Positions 27,333 to 41,219 of a stretch of DNA of 64,000 bases are shown in pieces (the stretch's first letter is position 1; every line of letters begins with the position of its first letter). Source of the stretch: Octopus vulgaris (Eukaryota); the NCBI GenBank assembly GCA_951406725.2, contig OX597834.1, forward strand, positions 9,486,001 to 9,550,000. Reading direction: 5' to 3'. The translations under genes and the position numbers were made by a program. The notes beneath the pieces are model-generated. The model saw nothing but the letters and a program-made list of their open reading frames with translations. It made no database searches and had not been told where the DNA came from.

Positions 27333-27735
27333 ACTCTTTTATACTCTTTATTTATTTCAGTCATTTGACTGTGGCCATGCTGGAGCACAAGCCTTTAGTC
27401 GAGAGAATCGACCTTATTCTTTGTAAGCCTAGTACTTATTCCATCGGTTTTTTTCCGAACCGCTAAGTTATGGTGATGTAAACATACCAGCATCGGTTGT
27501 CAAGCGATGTTGGGGGTACAAACACAGACACACAAACATTTACACATACATATATATATATACATATATACGACGGGCTTCTTTCAGTTTCCGTCTACCA
27601 GTATCCACTTACAAGGCTTTGGTCGACCCGAAGCTATAGAATGAGACACATGCCCAATGTGCTACGCAGTGGGACTGAACCCGGAACCATATGGTTCGTA
27701 AGGCAGCTACTTACCTCACAGACACTCCTACGCTT
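27333..27735 (-). mobile_element. SINE family A flanked by ~173-bp direct repeats
   Basis: Full-length copy; flanks 27160-27332 and 27745-27918 are duplicates of each other. Confidence 0.9.
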
Positions 27736-28467
27736 ATGTATATCATAAATATATTTGTAGATTATTTTCCATCAACGAATTATAGAACTAATCAATCTAC
27801 AGGACGAGCCAAACACAAGTCAGCAACGTGTATTGTTTCAAAGCAAGCCACGGAACACGGTAGAAGAACTGGAATGTAAAAAATATATTTGAGATTACTC
27901 GTGTTTAACGTTCACGTTGTATATATACACTGTACTACACGTTTCGTATATTTAGTCACTGTGGAATAAGTGATACCATAGAAAATCTCATAGAATAAGA
28001 AACAATACGTATACATACAATTGATAACTTACATGACTAACCTACTAAAATCACTAAAATCAAAGCCTTTTCATCGGCAGATATCCCACTGTCAGCGAAA
28101 CCCCTAACAGGATGCCGCTAATCAAAGCGATTCATAAATTCCAGTACACACGAGAATGTATTAAACTTATTGCCTTTAGTTGTTACATTGTCCATGTAAC
28201 TAACGCATTCTTCTGCTAGCAAGCCATGCACTTAATGAAAAGTAATAATGGAAGTGCGCACTATCAGATATGACAAAACAAAACACGTTAGGAAACTGTT
28301 AGTCTGGCACGACATCTATACTCGAGAGAATTCCCCATGAAAGTAGACATCTAATAATCATAGCACAACGCACCGTTAAATGAAACAGAACGACAGCTTA
28401 TATGAGTCACAATCAAAATTAAACACCTGATCAATGAAGTAATAAATACTAAATATAAACCTATAAA

Positions 28468-28890
28468 GGCGCAGGAGTGGCTGTGTGGTAAGTAGCTTGC
28501 TTACCAACCACATGGTTCCGGTTTCAGTCCCACTGCGTGGCAACTTGGGGAAGTGTCTTCTACTATAGCCTCGGGCTGACCAAAGCCTTGTGAGTGGATT
28601 TGGTAGACGGAAACTGAAAGAAGCCCGTCGTATATATGTATATATATACGACTATATATGTGCGTGTACGTTTGTGTGTCTGTGTTTGTCCCCTAGCATT
28701 GCTTGACAACCGATGCTGGTGTGTTTATGTCCCCCGTCACTTAGCGGTTCGGCAAAAGACACCGATAGAATAAGTACTGGGCTTACAAAGAATAAGTCCC
28801 GGGGTCGAGTTGCTCGACTAAAGGCGGTGCTCCAGCATGGCCGCAGTCAACTGACTGAAACAAGTAAAAGAGTAAAAAGAGAGTAAGAGT
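28468..28890 (+). mobile_element. SINE family A, full length, young
   Basis: tRNA-like head with A box (tggctgtgtgg) and B-box-like ggtttcagtccc, internal microsatellite, (gagtaa)-repeat tail. Confidence 0.92.
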
Positions 28891-29269
28891 ATATATTCTG
28901 GCGTTAATATCAACATCAGTCACATTGGTTGTCTCCAAAATGGGAGCCACAACCAATCCATTCCAACCTCGCTGTTCTCCGAAAATAATGCTGTGTAGGT
29001 CTAAAGGGAGTTAGTGGGAATTGAAATTTTACTGTTTTAAACCGCAAGAATCACATTCGAAAATATGAAAAATCACAATACTGTTCAAAAAAAGACATCC
29101 GTATTACACGAATATTGTTACACCAATAGATATTTGAAGTTTCTAAGTTCTGTGTTAAAACCTCGAGGCGGTCAGCCTTCTCTGTCCTCCATTTGGGAAC
29201 GAAAGCTAAAGATACCGAATGGGGTCGATGGAATGGTAAAACTGTTGGGGGACCGAATGAGATGTATTC

Positions 29270-29953
29270 TTTTCTACTCCGGACGCAAGGCCCGAAATTT
29301 TGGGGGAGGGAGCCAGTCGATTAGATCAATACCAGTACGCAACTGGATCTTAATTTATCGACCCCGAAAGGATGAAAGGCAAAGTCGACCTTGGCGGAAT
29401 TTGAACTCAGAAAGCAAAGACAGACGAAATACTTATTTCTTTACTAGCCACAAGGGGCTAAACACAGAGGGGACAAGGAAGGACAGACAAACGGATTAAG
29501 TCGATTACATCGACCCCAGTGCGCAGCTGGTACTTAATTTATCGACTCCGAAAGGATGAAAGGCAAAGTCGACCTTGGCGGAATTTGAACTCAGAAAGCA
29601 AAGACAGACGAAATACTTATTTCTTTACTACCCACAAGGGGCTAAACACAGAGAGGACAAACAAGGACAGAAAAACGGATTAAATAACTGATGCGTAACT
29701 GGTACATATTTAATCGACCCCGAAATACCTATTTCTTTACTACCCACAACGGGCTAAACACAGAGGGGACAAGGAAGGACAGACAAACGGATTACGTCGA
29801 TTACATCGACCCCAGTGCGCAGCTGGTACTTAATTTATCGACTCCGAAAGGATGAAAGGCAAAGTCGACCTCGGCGGAATTTGAACGTAACGGCAGACGA
29901 AATACGGCTACGCATTTCGCCCGGCTTGCTAACGTTTCTGCCAGGTCGCCGCC
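29270..29953 (-). mobile_element. Head-to-tail array of four full or partial SINE family B units
   Basis: The block tatttctttactacccacaaggggctaaacacagag occurs three times; a single complete head ends at 29953. Confidence 0.85.
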
Positions 29954-32009
29954 TTTAGAACGAGATATATTGATCCATTTCACTAGACATATAAATGCAC
30001 CGTTCTCCCCATTATATAAAGACGGTGGCTTGGAGAATCAGGGCATGTATAGGGAACAGGAGGTTTTCTTCACAACATCTAGCTCTTGCCTGCCAATCGA
30101 TGTGCATTTGAATGGCAAAACTCGACCGGTAGTTACTCCTCTGTATACTTACATGTAAATGTATACATAAATACACAACTATGTGTTTTTTTGTGTGTGT
30201 GTGTGTGTGTGTATGTGTGTATGCACGTACCTATATGTATATAAACGTACACAATATGTGTGTGTGTGTGTGTGAGAGAGAGAGTGCGTGCATACATACC
30301 TTACTTACCAATCTGCACTTTAAGACCAGAAACAGAACGGTAGAAATTACGTGTAAGTATAAATGTAGATTTCTTATCTATTTATGTAATCTCTGAAGTT
30401 CATGAATATATTTTACGTATACGTTTGCTAAGTTATAAAAGATTGCAAATGATTGAATATACACTCACATAATCTACATACACACACGAATATCATATCC
30501 ATGTTAATATAATACAACATCTATTCATACATCGCTTGCATACGTACAGAATCCCACCCTTACACCCATATTCACGTGTTGACAGTTTATACACCTTGAT
30601 ATCGTATACAATAAAATATTCGCACGTTCAGATGACAACAGAATTATATATTTCATATAAGTTTGTAAGTAAACATTTAATCTAATAAGCACATACCATT
30701 AAATTGAATTAGGAGAGCTTATTTGAGAACGCATAACTGCGATAACCTAATGTTTGTAATTTTTTGATTGCGTTGAGTTCTTCAAGTTATACGCGCAGGC
30801 TTCGTTAAGATTAGGGCCTTTTCACTAAATATCTCTGCTACGAATAAAAATTTATGTTTCTTTACTAAAACGGATTTGTCTTTTTTGTTTAATTCGTTAT
30901 ATCGCTATTAGAAATATACTTGTAGGCTTATCACCTATTTTTTTTTCTTTTTTCTGTTAGATATCTCTACCGAATAAATTTTTCTGTCAGTTTTCCTCTT
31001 AAGTGATGTACGAGGAAGTGAAACTTTAAGATATGAATTTTATACAAAATTGCATTACAAGAGAGAAATAGCCTGCTGCCATTAAACTACAAATGCACAT
31101 AAAAAAAAACGAAAAAAAAAACAAAATCACTCGATTCATTTATTGAACGTATCAACAAAATTTTGCCTACATCACAGCTTGTATTTCTATGAAATTAAGG
31201 TAGTGTAATTACATCATTATTAAATTTGTATACAGGAAAAACTACCTGTTTAAATCGTTGGCTTTAACATTGTTACCAACATGTTTATGCAACCAGTATG
31301 ATTACCCTCCATGACGTTTCGGCCAAGGGTCTTTCGTCACAGATGCGAGTCGATCCGATCATTGTGAGTAAAACTTGTCATTGGTTACCCTCTAGCTCAT
31401 GTGGTTTCGGCCTTGCAATTTAATTTTGAGATACGCGTGTCTTTAAAACAAATACTGCCAGATAGAAATTAATTTAACGAATCGATATTCAGATGATTGA
31501 ACCACTGAATGATTATCGAGTATCGATCTATTATGTCTGAAAACGAAAATAAAAACTTGTAACAAATGTAACTCCTGTGTTGATAAACTAGCTCACTCAG
31601 GCAGGATATGGCAGCCAAACAACAATAAAAATATCTCCAACGAAATACAGATCCTCGTCGATAGAAACTTGAAATGCTCGAAATTTCAGTCAAATCATCC
31701 TCACATCCGCAATATGTGTTTATAAAAAGGAAGGCCACATTAGATATCGTGGTCCTAAATAAAGTAAAGAACATGGTCACACGTTAAGTCATTTGGTCAC
31801 TGTCCCGCGTGACCAGACGGATAACAAAAGGATCTGGGGTCTCTCTCTAGTTATAAGACTTGCTCAGCTTCTTCATGATTCCGGGTTCAATCCCACCGAA
31901 CAGGACTTTGTCCTAACTCAACTTGACCTCGCGTGATACATACCTTTGGGAATTAAATTTGTTAAACTGCAAATGTTTACAAGCATTATACTTATATACA
32001 TACATATGT

Positions 32010-32370
32010 AGGTTCCGGGTTCAGTCCCACTGCGTGGCACCTTGAGCACGTGTCTTCTACTATAACTTCGGGCCGACCAATGCCTTGTGAGTGGATTTGG
32101 TAGACGGAAACTGAAAGAAGCTCGTCGTATATATGTATATATATGTATGTGCGTGTATGTTTGTGTGTCTGTGTTTGTCCCCCTAGCATTGCTTGATAAC
32201 CGATGCTGGTGTGTTTATGTCCCCGTCACTTAGCGGTTCGGCAAAGGAGACCGATAGAATAAGTACTGGGCTTACAAAGAATAAGTTCCGGGATCGAGTT
32301 GCTCGATTAAAGGCGGTGCTCCAGCATGGCCACAGTCAAAATGACTGAAACAAGTAAAAGAGAAAAGAGA
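32010..32370 (+). mobile_element. SINE family A, 5'-truncated
   Basis: Starts at ggttccgggttcagtccc; the rest matches 28468-28890. Confidence 0.9.
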
Positions 32371-33054
32371 AAGACGTGTGTGTGTACATGTATATATATA
32401 TGTTTATAATATGAATGCACATGTAGATAGATAGACAGATAGACAGGTCGATAGACAGATAGATACATACACATAAAGACATTCACAAAGCACAAACATA
32501 TTTACATAAATGTATGTATTCGTGTTCGTATGTAAGTTTGTCTTAACTAAATTTGCCTGGTTCTAGATTCCTACCGGAACCAATGCAATCTTCAGATGAT
32601 ATATGAAAAATCAACAAAGAAAAGTTTCCACTGCAAATGTTTTTTACGCTAACGCTCAGTGGAGCGGGCCGTAGGATATAAAGAGAATTAGCAAAAAAAA
32701 AAAAAAACTTCCATATTAACGGTATGCACACATATAAGAACACATAAGTATATAACTACCCAGAAATAGCGAGACATAGAGAGAGAGTGGGGTGAAGTGA
32801 ATGGTTGAGAAAAAAGATTGGGGATTGATTTAATATAAAATAAATAATGTGTATAGGCAATGAAAAGAAAATCAGACTTCCAGAAGATACAATTACAAAA
32901 GATAATATAAAAATTCGATTGCATAAGACATGTCTGCGAAAATGCTTCGAAAATTTTATCGAATAAGACAATGTTTTTCTTTTATTAGGTATATGTGAAG
33001 CCAGTGTAATAAGAATTACCAAAGAATAATAAAGCGATTTTAATAATAATAATA

Positions 33055-33216
33055 ATCCTTTCTACCACAGGCACAAGGCCTGAAATTTGGGGAAGGGTTA
33101 TTGTCGATTATATCGATCACAGTACTCAACTGGTATTTAATTTATCGAACCCGAAAGGATAAATGACAATGTCGACCTTGGCGGAATTTGAACTCAGAAC
33201 CTAACGATGGACGAAA
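33055..33216 (-). mobile_element. SINE family B (older, truncated)
   Basis: gtcgaccttggcggaatttgaactcagaac block. Confidence 0.75.
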
Positions 33217-33222
33217 TAACTA

Positions 33223-33625
33223 AGAGCATGTATATGTCTTGTCTTGACTGACAATATGTGCATATCTGATCAAGAGCAGAAATAGTGGGGAAGCATCATA
33301 TCCACGTGTTGAGAAGAATTCTTTGGGGTTTGAATAATTCGTCTCTGGAAACATGTGTGCTTCGTTCATCATTTTTAAACAACCCTTATTCAAGGACCAT
33401 TTTGAGCAGGATGTGCTACTCGACCCGAATAAAATTCTCACAGGGCCTCACCTGCAAGGTCATGCACTGTTTATCTTGATATGAGATCACCATGTCGTGC
33501 ACATGTGTTTGTGACGTATATACGTCGTGTACCCGTATCGGATGGGTAGTGATGTTCGGTATAATGGGCTTCGTATATTGGTTCTCCAGCGTCATTTAGA
33601 TGGCATGCACTGCTCTCTCACTGAA
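33223..33625 (+). mobile_element. Repeat family D (probable LINE 3' UTR ending in (AAT)n)
   Basis: Overlaps in sequence with 22885-23080 (-) and 38478-38620 (+). Both plus-strand copies end at the same point, followed by (AAT)n/(AAC)n. Confidence 0.6.
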
Positions 33626-35534
33626 TAATAATAACAATAATAATAATAATATAATTATTATTATTATTTTTTTTTCTGATATAGCTACAAGGACTGAAAT
33701 TTAGTGGAGGGGATTATTCGATTACATCGACCCCCACTCACTCAAACACACATGGTCAGGTGTGTGAATATGACTATGCTAAACCTTTCAAGTCTACTAA
33801 ATGGGTTTCAGTCTGATACATCTTCAAGCACTATCAATGGTACATCTATACTTGATGCGGTTTAACCACATTTCAATGAACATGCACCGCGAGCTTTATA
33901 TATATATATGTGTGTGTGTGTGTGTCTATATATATATATATATATGTATGAATATATATGTGTCAATATATATAAATATATGTATGTAAATATATATAAA
34001 TATATAGGAGGTGTTTCAAAATAGTTCTACCACACTTAGTGTTGCTCTAACCACATGAACTTATCTGTACCTTTTGTATTCGGTTCATCTCTTTCTCCGT
34101 GCTCCTTTATTGCTCCTTCCTCCTTTTTCTGGTATTTTCCTTTTGTACCATCTAGTATCTTCACTTTATTTCTGTTTATTATCCTCTTTGAAATCCCAGT
34201 TGCACCTAGCTTTTTCATATAGTCCTTTTTATCTTAGCATTTTCCCCTTTTTATTGAAATTGTTTTCTATCTTCAAATATCGTTCTACATCTCATCCCGC
34301 TTCTCCTCGTTTCTCTTTCTTTCTAAACCTGTTCAATATTTGCCTGTTCTTTTAATCCCAGCGTCATCTCACCTCTTGTGTTTCTCCTTCGCTAATCAAT
34401 TTTTTTCTTTCAAAATGTATTTCTTGGACATATTCTTCTTATTCATTCACACATTATTATACTTTAAAAAAAAAAAAATTCCTATTTCCAATCTCCTCCT
34501 CTCTTCCTCCTTGAATCTATTCATCAACGTCTCTGTGTGTAGAATCATATAACTTTTCCATACTCAGAATCACCATTCTTCTATTATCTATTCTGCAATC
34601 ATTCCCTTTTCATCTACCGATATATATTCTCTCTTCTTTTCTCTTTCCCACACGCCATACTTCAATATTTTCATCCATTCTTCTTTCATTCTTTCTCATC
34701 TCACTTCTCATACCTTTTATTCTTTCTTACTATAATAATCCAAACCATTTTCCTTCTTCTACTATCGTTCCTCTTTCCTTCACATACAACACTTCACTTT
34801 CCTAACCACAAAGCTTTTATTTTCTACCTAGCACTGTTATAATCTACTGCCACATCCAAAATTATATTCGCCTCCTTTTCTTGCAGACATCCGATGTAAG
34901 AATTCTCTTTATTCCCCCCTCTCTCTCTCTTTGTATATTTTTAGTCTTTCATTTCTTTCTTCTTATCAATTTCTTTCAGTACTTCTTTCCTTTCTTATTG
35001 CCCAATTGTTTTCATCAATACAGCAGACTAGGCTTGATGAATTGTTTCATCAGAGTAAGTGCCACGGGGATTTCTAACACAATTCGCCGTCTTTTTGAGC
35101 TGATTGAAACGAAAATCTTGTTTCACTATAATATCCATTCATTTATTTCCTTACCATTACTCTTTGAATATTCCAAATGTATTTATAACATATGACAATC
35201 TCGTTATATAGCAAGCGCCCTGCGCAATTTCTGTTCAAAGATCCTCTTTACAACTGCAACCTCACAGAGTTTTGACAAGAAATAAATTAGTTGTACAATG
35301 TAACTGTTTATTACTGATTTCTATATAAAAGATAAAAGAAATGCCGAAGGATTAAAGTAAGATTAGGTGACGTTCATTCATTCTGTTTGACAATAGAAAT
35401 GACAATCTTGGTGGAGCAAAACAAATACAGAACTATTAGTTAAAATAGAGAATAGGCATGCCATATTCATATGATGTGTATATATGTATATATATATATG
35501 TGCATATATGTATATAAATATGTGTATATATATG

Positions 35535-35583
<49 letters not shown>

Positions 35584-35680
35584 GTATATTGATGTCTGTA
35601 TATATATGCACGAATATATATATATATATGTATAAGTATGTATAAGTATGTATATATGTATATATATATATATGTACATG

Positions 35681-35720
<40 letters not shown>

Positions 35721-35726
35721 ATATAT

Positions 35727-36062
35727 GTGAAGGCGCGTGGCTCAGTGGTTAGAGCGTCGAGCTTACGATCGTGAGGTAGAGAGCTCGAATCCCGGACCGG
35801 GCTGCGTGTTGTGTTCTTGAGCAAGACACTTTATTTCACGTTGCTCCAGTTCACTCAGCTGTAGAAATGAGTTGCAACGTCACAGGTGCCAAGCTGTATC
35901 GGCCCTTGCCTTTCCCTTGGACAACATCGGTGACGTGGAGAGGGGAGACCGGTATGCATGGGCGACTGTTTGTTTTCCATAAAACAACCTTGCCCAGACT
36001 TGTGCCTCAGAGGGTAACTCTCTAGGTGGAAACCCATGGTCTGTGTCTGACCGAAGGGGGTC
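35727..36062 (+). mobile_element. SINE family C, full length
   Basis: ggcgcgtggctcagtggttagagcg (A box)...ctcgaatccc (B box), followed by a CORE-like ttgtgttcttgagcaagacact block. Confidence 0.9.
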
Positions 36063-36087
36063 ACCACCACTATATATGATATGCATG

Positions 36088-36125
<38 letters not shown>

Positions 36126-37904
36126 CATAACACAGGCACACATATACATATGGATAGAAAAAAGGTAGAGTTAGGAAATGTATTATATGTACGGACAGCT
36201 TTTACATTGGATTTTCGAGGTGAAAACAAGTGATTGTTTATATAGAATGATTAATTGAAATGTAGAAATTCAAATTATGTCCTTCTTTAAGACTTAATTA
36301 TTGAACGGTATCAGCAGTGAAATATTGTTTGTATCAATAAGTTCTTTAAGAATCTTTTTTTCTACACCTTGTTGACTACGAGTCAGTTGGAATAACCAAC
36401 CTCGTTCAAATCCAGTGAAAAATTGTATAATTGTAGTTCAAGATACACAACCTATTGGAAGAATGAATGAAGGGATAAAATGCTAATGGTCGAACATTTT
36501 ACATTACAGAGAAAAAAGCCATATGAATAATATAGGGAAACATATGTATATTTAGCAAGTAAAATGCCATGTCACGATCGAAAATCGAACTTGTGTCAAG
36601 ACCTTGATCTATGTATGTTTTCTTTTCTTGAACGCTGGCAAATAATAAATGCAAAATATTTGCAAGTCTAGTGTTCAAATATTTGAAGTTTGTTGTCTCA
36701 GATACTATTTTCTTATCTTTCTTCCATGATTTTTTTTCTTTTCCTTGTTCGCCAATTGAATATCTTCTTTGAAAACTGTTTTTGTTGACCCTATCTTCTC
36801 CGTTCATTTATTTCTATAAATTCGATTGGAGAAGAAGAAAGAAATCATAGAATAGATATTATAAACAAAAATGGGAAACAGTAAACGTAAAATATTTGAA
36901 CACTACTCACGCAAATGGAAATAGAAATATGTAAATAAAATAGTATCCAAAAATCCCATTGTGAATATATAGACATCGATCGATTCATACACATTATTTG
37001 TCTATCACTCTCTCTTTCCACCTTCTTTTCTTTGGCTTCTTCCTCGCCGTGTTCACTGACAAAGATATTCGCAAGAATTTACCTACAGAAATACATGAAT
37101 CGCAATGATAACAAAAATATAAAAGGAACAACCATTGCAGACCGCATGCATAAACCGTCAAGAAACAATGTCAAACGTCTGTTTAAATGAGTTATTTACG
37201 AAAACAAATGTTGTATACAAATGACTAGCTTTTGTAGCGCCTTGAAATATTCTGCTTCGGAAAAATCATAAAGACATATACGTAACCAAAATTCACAACA
37301 AACACACACAGAGATACAAAGAGAGAAACATATACAAATGCAACTAACATAAAGACACATGCTCAAACATTTTATAGGCATGAGAATTTAACTCTATTAT
37401 AACGATGGATAGCTATTTGTTTGATGTTATATTACCTGGAATTACATTGTTCCATTCTGCTATATAACATTGTGATCAGAGTAGACGTATCGATCAAATT
37501 GCTAAAATTTTTCTCAAAAATAGATGCATGGAAATAAAAATAAACATATACACATAAAACAAATTATAGTAATAAAAAAAATATACTTACACACAAAAGA
37601 AAAAAACTCCTACAAAACTTGTACAGTATTTCCAACAATGAAAATACTGTGCAACTTAGATAAAAACAACTATTCTGTTGCCTTCTGTTTGTACATGTTT
37701 TTTTCACCCCCACTCGCCAGTTTCGAAATATTTATTGTTATTGCAAAGTAAATGTAAACAGAATTTCAGTAGATAAAATGGAAATGAATATAAAATGGAT
37801 CGGCAGATACATATACAACGTATACATAAATATACATACATTTATACATAGACCCATACACATATACATATGTGTATATAAGGAATATCTATAATATTTT
37901 TCAC

Positions 37905-38070
37905 AGATATTGGCACAAGACCAGCAGTTTCGTGGGAGGTTGTACGTCGATTACATCGACCCCCGTGATCAGCTGGTATATTTTTGATCGAGCTCGTCAG
38001 ATGAAATGCTAAGTCAACGCCGGCTGCATTTGAACCAAGAAAATAAAGATGGACTAAATGACGCTAAGTT
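37905..38070 (-). mobile_element. Degraded SINE family B
   Basis: gtcgattacatcgacccc...ctggta block. Confidence 0.6.
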
Positions 38071-38088
38071 TAACTCATTAGTAGTTCT

Positions 38089-38425
38089 GTGAAGGCACAT
38101 GGCTCAGTGGTTAGAGCGTCGAGCTTACGATCGTGAGGTTGATAGCTCGGATCTCGGACTGCGTTGCGTGTTGGGTTCTTGAGCAAGACACTTTATTTCA
38201 CGTTACTCCAGTTCACTCAGCTGTAGAAATGAGTTGCGACGTCACAGGTGCCAAGCTGTATCGGCCCTTTTGCATTTCCCTTGGATAACCCTGGTGCCGT
38301 GGAGAGGGGAGATTGGTATGCATTGGCCACTGCTGGTGTTCCATAAAGAACCTTCCCCAGACTTGTACCTGGGAGGGTAACTTTCAAGGTGCAATCCTAT
38401 GGTCAGTCATGAACGAAGGGGCTCT
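38089..38425 (+). mobile_element. SINE family C, full length
   Basis: Aligns end to end with 35727-36062. Confidence 0.9.
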
Positions 38426-38477
38426 CAGTGAGCTTTGCTCTATACTGGTTGTGACGAAAATTTGTTGTTCAGATGCG

Positions 38478-38620
38478 CGGTTTATCTTGGTGAGATCACT
38501 ATGTTGGGCACATATGCGTTTCGTGTACTCTTATCTGACGGGAAGTCAAGATGGGTATATTGGGCTTCGTGTATTTTACCCCAGTCTCACTTTGATAGCA
38601 TGCACTGATATCTAGCTCAA
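38478..38620 (+). mobile_element. Repeat family D, 3' fragment
   Basis: Matches 33465-33625; followed by (AAC)n(AAT)n. Confidence 0.6.
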
Positions 38621-38852
38621 CAACAACAACAATAATAATAATAATAATAATGGCATTTATCACCTTGAAGTGTGCATGATATCGGGGACTGAATCAAACG
38701 ACGAAAAATAATGCACTAAATAGAATGATCAATCATTATGGGAAGGGCGAATAAAATTTGACATGACGGCCACAACAATCTCCGGTTAAATGTCCTCTCC
38801 TAGGATCATGTCTTTAAGAAGAAATAAGAAAAAGGCAACAACTGTATCAGCA

Positions 38853-39230
38853 GGAGGCGCATTGGCCCAGTGGTAAGGGCAGCGGACTCGCGGTCGGAGG
38901 CTCGCGGTTTCAATTCCCAGACCGGGCGTTGTGTGTGTTTATTGCGCGAAAACACCTAAAGCTCCACGAGGCTCCGACAGGGGGTGGTGGCGACCCCTAT
39001 TGTACTCTTTCACCCCAACTTTCTCTCACTGTTTTTTCCTGTTTCTTGTCCCCGACTTCCTACGCAACCGCTGACCCTGGATGCGCATTCATCCACCCGT
39101 CGATGCTCTCGGTGTCGGGAGTTGACCTGCTTTCTCTTCTGCGGGTCTTACGAATAGCAAAAGAACTACGTTTCGGACTTCTCCCATCTTTCGAGCTCTG
39201 GAATGAAAACCGTTCGCTCAAAAGCAACAG
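38853..39230 (+). mobile_element. tRNA-Arg-like SINE (resembles the octopus OR families), tail type 1
   Basis: ggaggcgcattggcccagtgg...gactcgcgg (TCG anticodon loop); TSD caactgtatca at 38839-38849 and 39231-39241. Confidence 0.85.
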
Positions 39231-39830
39231 CAACTGTATCAACAGCAGTAGCAACACTGGTATCATCGTATTGTATTTAAGGGTAGCTTTTATTCATTTG
39301 GTTCGTGAAATGTTAAAACATACTTTAAAATGTCTAACAAACTTCGTTCAACAATGCATAGCTTACGGCGCTTGTAACATGGAAGTAACATGCGCAACGA
39401 TAATGTGAGTGGGGCTAATGGTATATTGATATTTAAATCGAACGGTAGATTGGAATAGCTTCTTCTGTGCCATAAGGAAAGAGAAGAGACACAGCACATT
39501 ATACATGGAATGTAGGATGTTTGTATTCACCAAAGTAAAGCAGAATATTGAACCGAATTTTAGAATAACACATACATACGCACACGTATATGTACATATA
39601 ATAGGTATATATATATATATATATACATATATAATATATTTGTATTATATTTTATATATGTATATATATATATATATATATGTACATATGTATATATATA
39701 TATGAATGTATATATGTGTATATATATATATATATATACATATATATTCATTTTGTATATTATATGTATTTTTTATATGTATATATTATATATATATATT
39801 ATATATATCTATTTATCTCTCTCCCTCAAT

Positions 39831-39885
<55 letters not shown>

Positions 39886-40217
39886 TTTGGGTTTTTTTTT
39901 TAAATATGTTATTTTAAAATTCTGTTCAATATTCTACATTTTACACGTAGATGGATGGAGGGATGGATGTGGGATAAGTATATTATTCAGGTACACATTA
40001 TGCATACACGTCAATCAGTATACGCATACATGTTTTTGAATTTCCAAATGTAAGTATTCATTGATTAGTATTGCTTAGTACACAATCAGGTTTTACAAAG
40101 ATATGTATGCTGTATTAAAATGTCTGCAACAAATTATACTAATGCAACTTAGTATAATCTAAGTAAGTAGCTTAGTAGTCAGTCAAGGCGACATGTACAG
40201 ATACATGTCGCATATTT

Positions 40218-40277
<60 letters not shown>

Positions 40278-40464
40278 ATAGATAGATTTTTGAGATTTTC
40301 AACAATAGACTACAAGGAAAACTGAAAGACTTCAACTAAAATGCGACATTCCTACTTTTCATTTGTTCCCAATGTTTTTTTTTGTTTTTTTTTCTTTCAT
40401 GTTCGATTTTTTAAGAATTGTACTTTGTCTGTCGATGAATATTCCAATATTACATAAACGCGAC

Positions 40465-40575
40465 TGTCTACACGTTCTGAGTTCAATTCTCGCTGAGGTC
40501 AATTTTGATTTTCATCTTTTTCGATGTCGTTGAAATAAGTACCAGTTAAGCACTGGGATGATTGTAATCGACTTA
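40465..40575 (+). mobile_element. Degraded SINE family B fragment
   Basis: acgttctgagttcaattctcgctgaggtcaa...aagtaccagtt. Confidence 0.6.
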
Positions 40576-40629
40576 TCTCCAAATTGGTGTGAACAAGTTT
40601 TATAGACGGAGACTTTGTAGAAGCTCGTC

Positions 40630-40677
<48 letters not shown>

Positions 40678-40695
40678 TTTGAATTGTTAAGCTCG

Positions 40696-40745
<50 letters not shown>

Positions 40746-40983
40746 TTTGAGTATATGTTGTCTGGGAGTTTTTTTCTTACAGTAGAAGTAGCAGCTAGGT
40801 TCTTTGGCTGCTATTTCTAAAGTTCGGTCTGTGGTGAAGCAAATATTTTTACTGAACCCTAATTATAATTATAAAAAATATTGTTTAAGTTTATACCGAA
40901 AATGATCCTTTTAACATGCCGAATACTACTTGGTGGAATTATTAATTATTAATTAATTAATTAATCTTACTCTTTATTATTAT

Positions 40984-41076
<93 letters not shown>

Positions 41077-41219
41077 TGGTGTCTGTATTTGCGGTTTGCC
41101 CCAACACAAATTGACAACTAATAATGGTTTGCCAGCTACCTGTAGGTTAGTGGTTCAGCCCCCAAAATAAAACGGATAAAAGTCTTTAAAAATATGAAGT
41201 AGGTTTTTTATATGCGTGT

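Noticed and set aside
29270-29953. CRISPR-like periodic repeats
   Set aside because: Eukaryotic SINE tandem units with no unique spacers and no cas genes.
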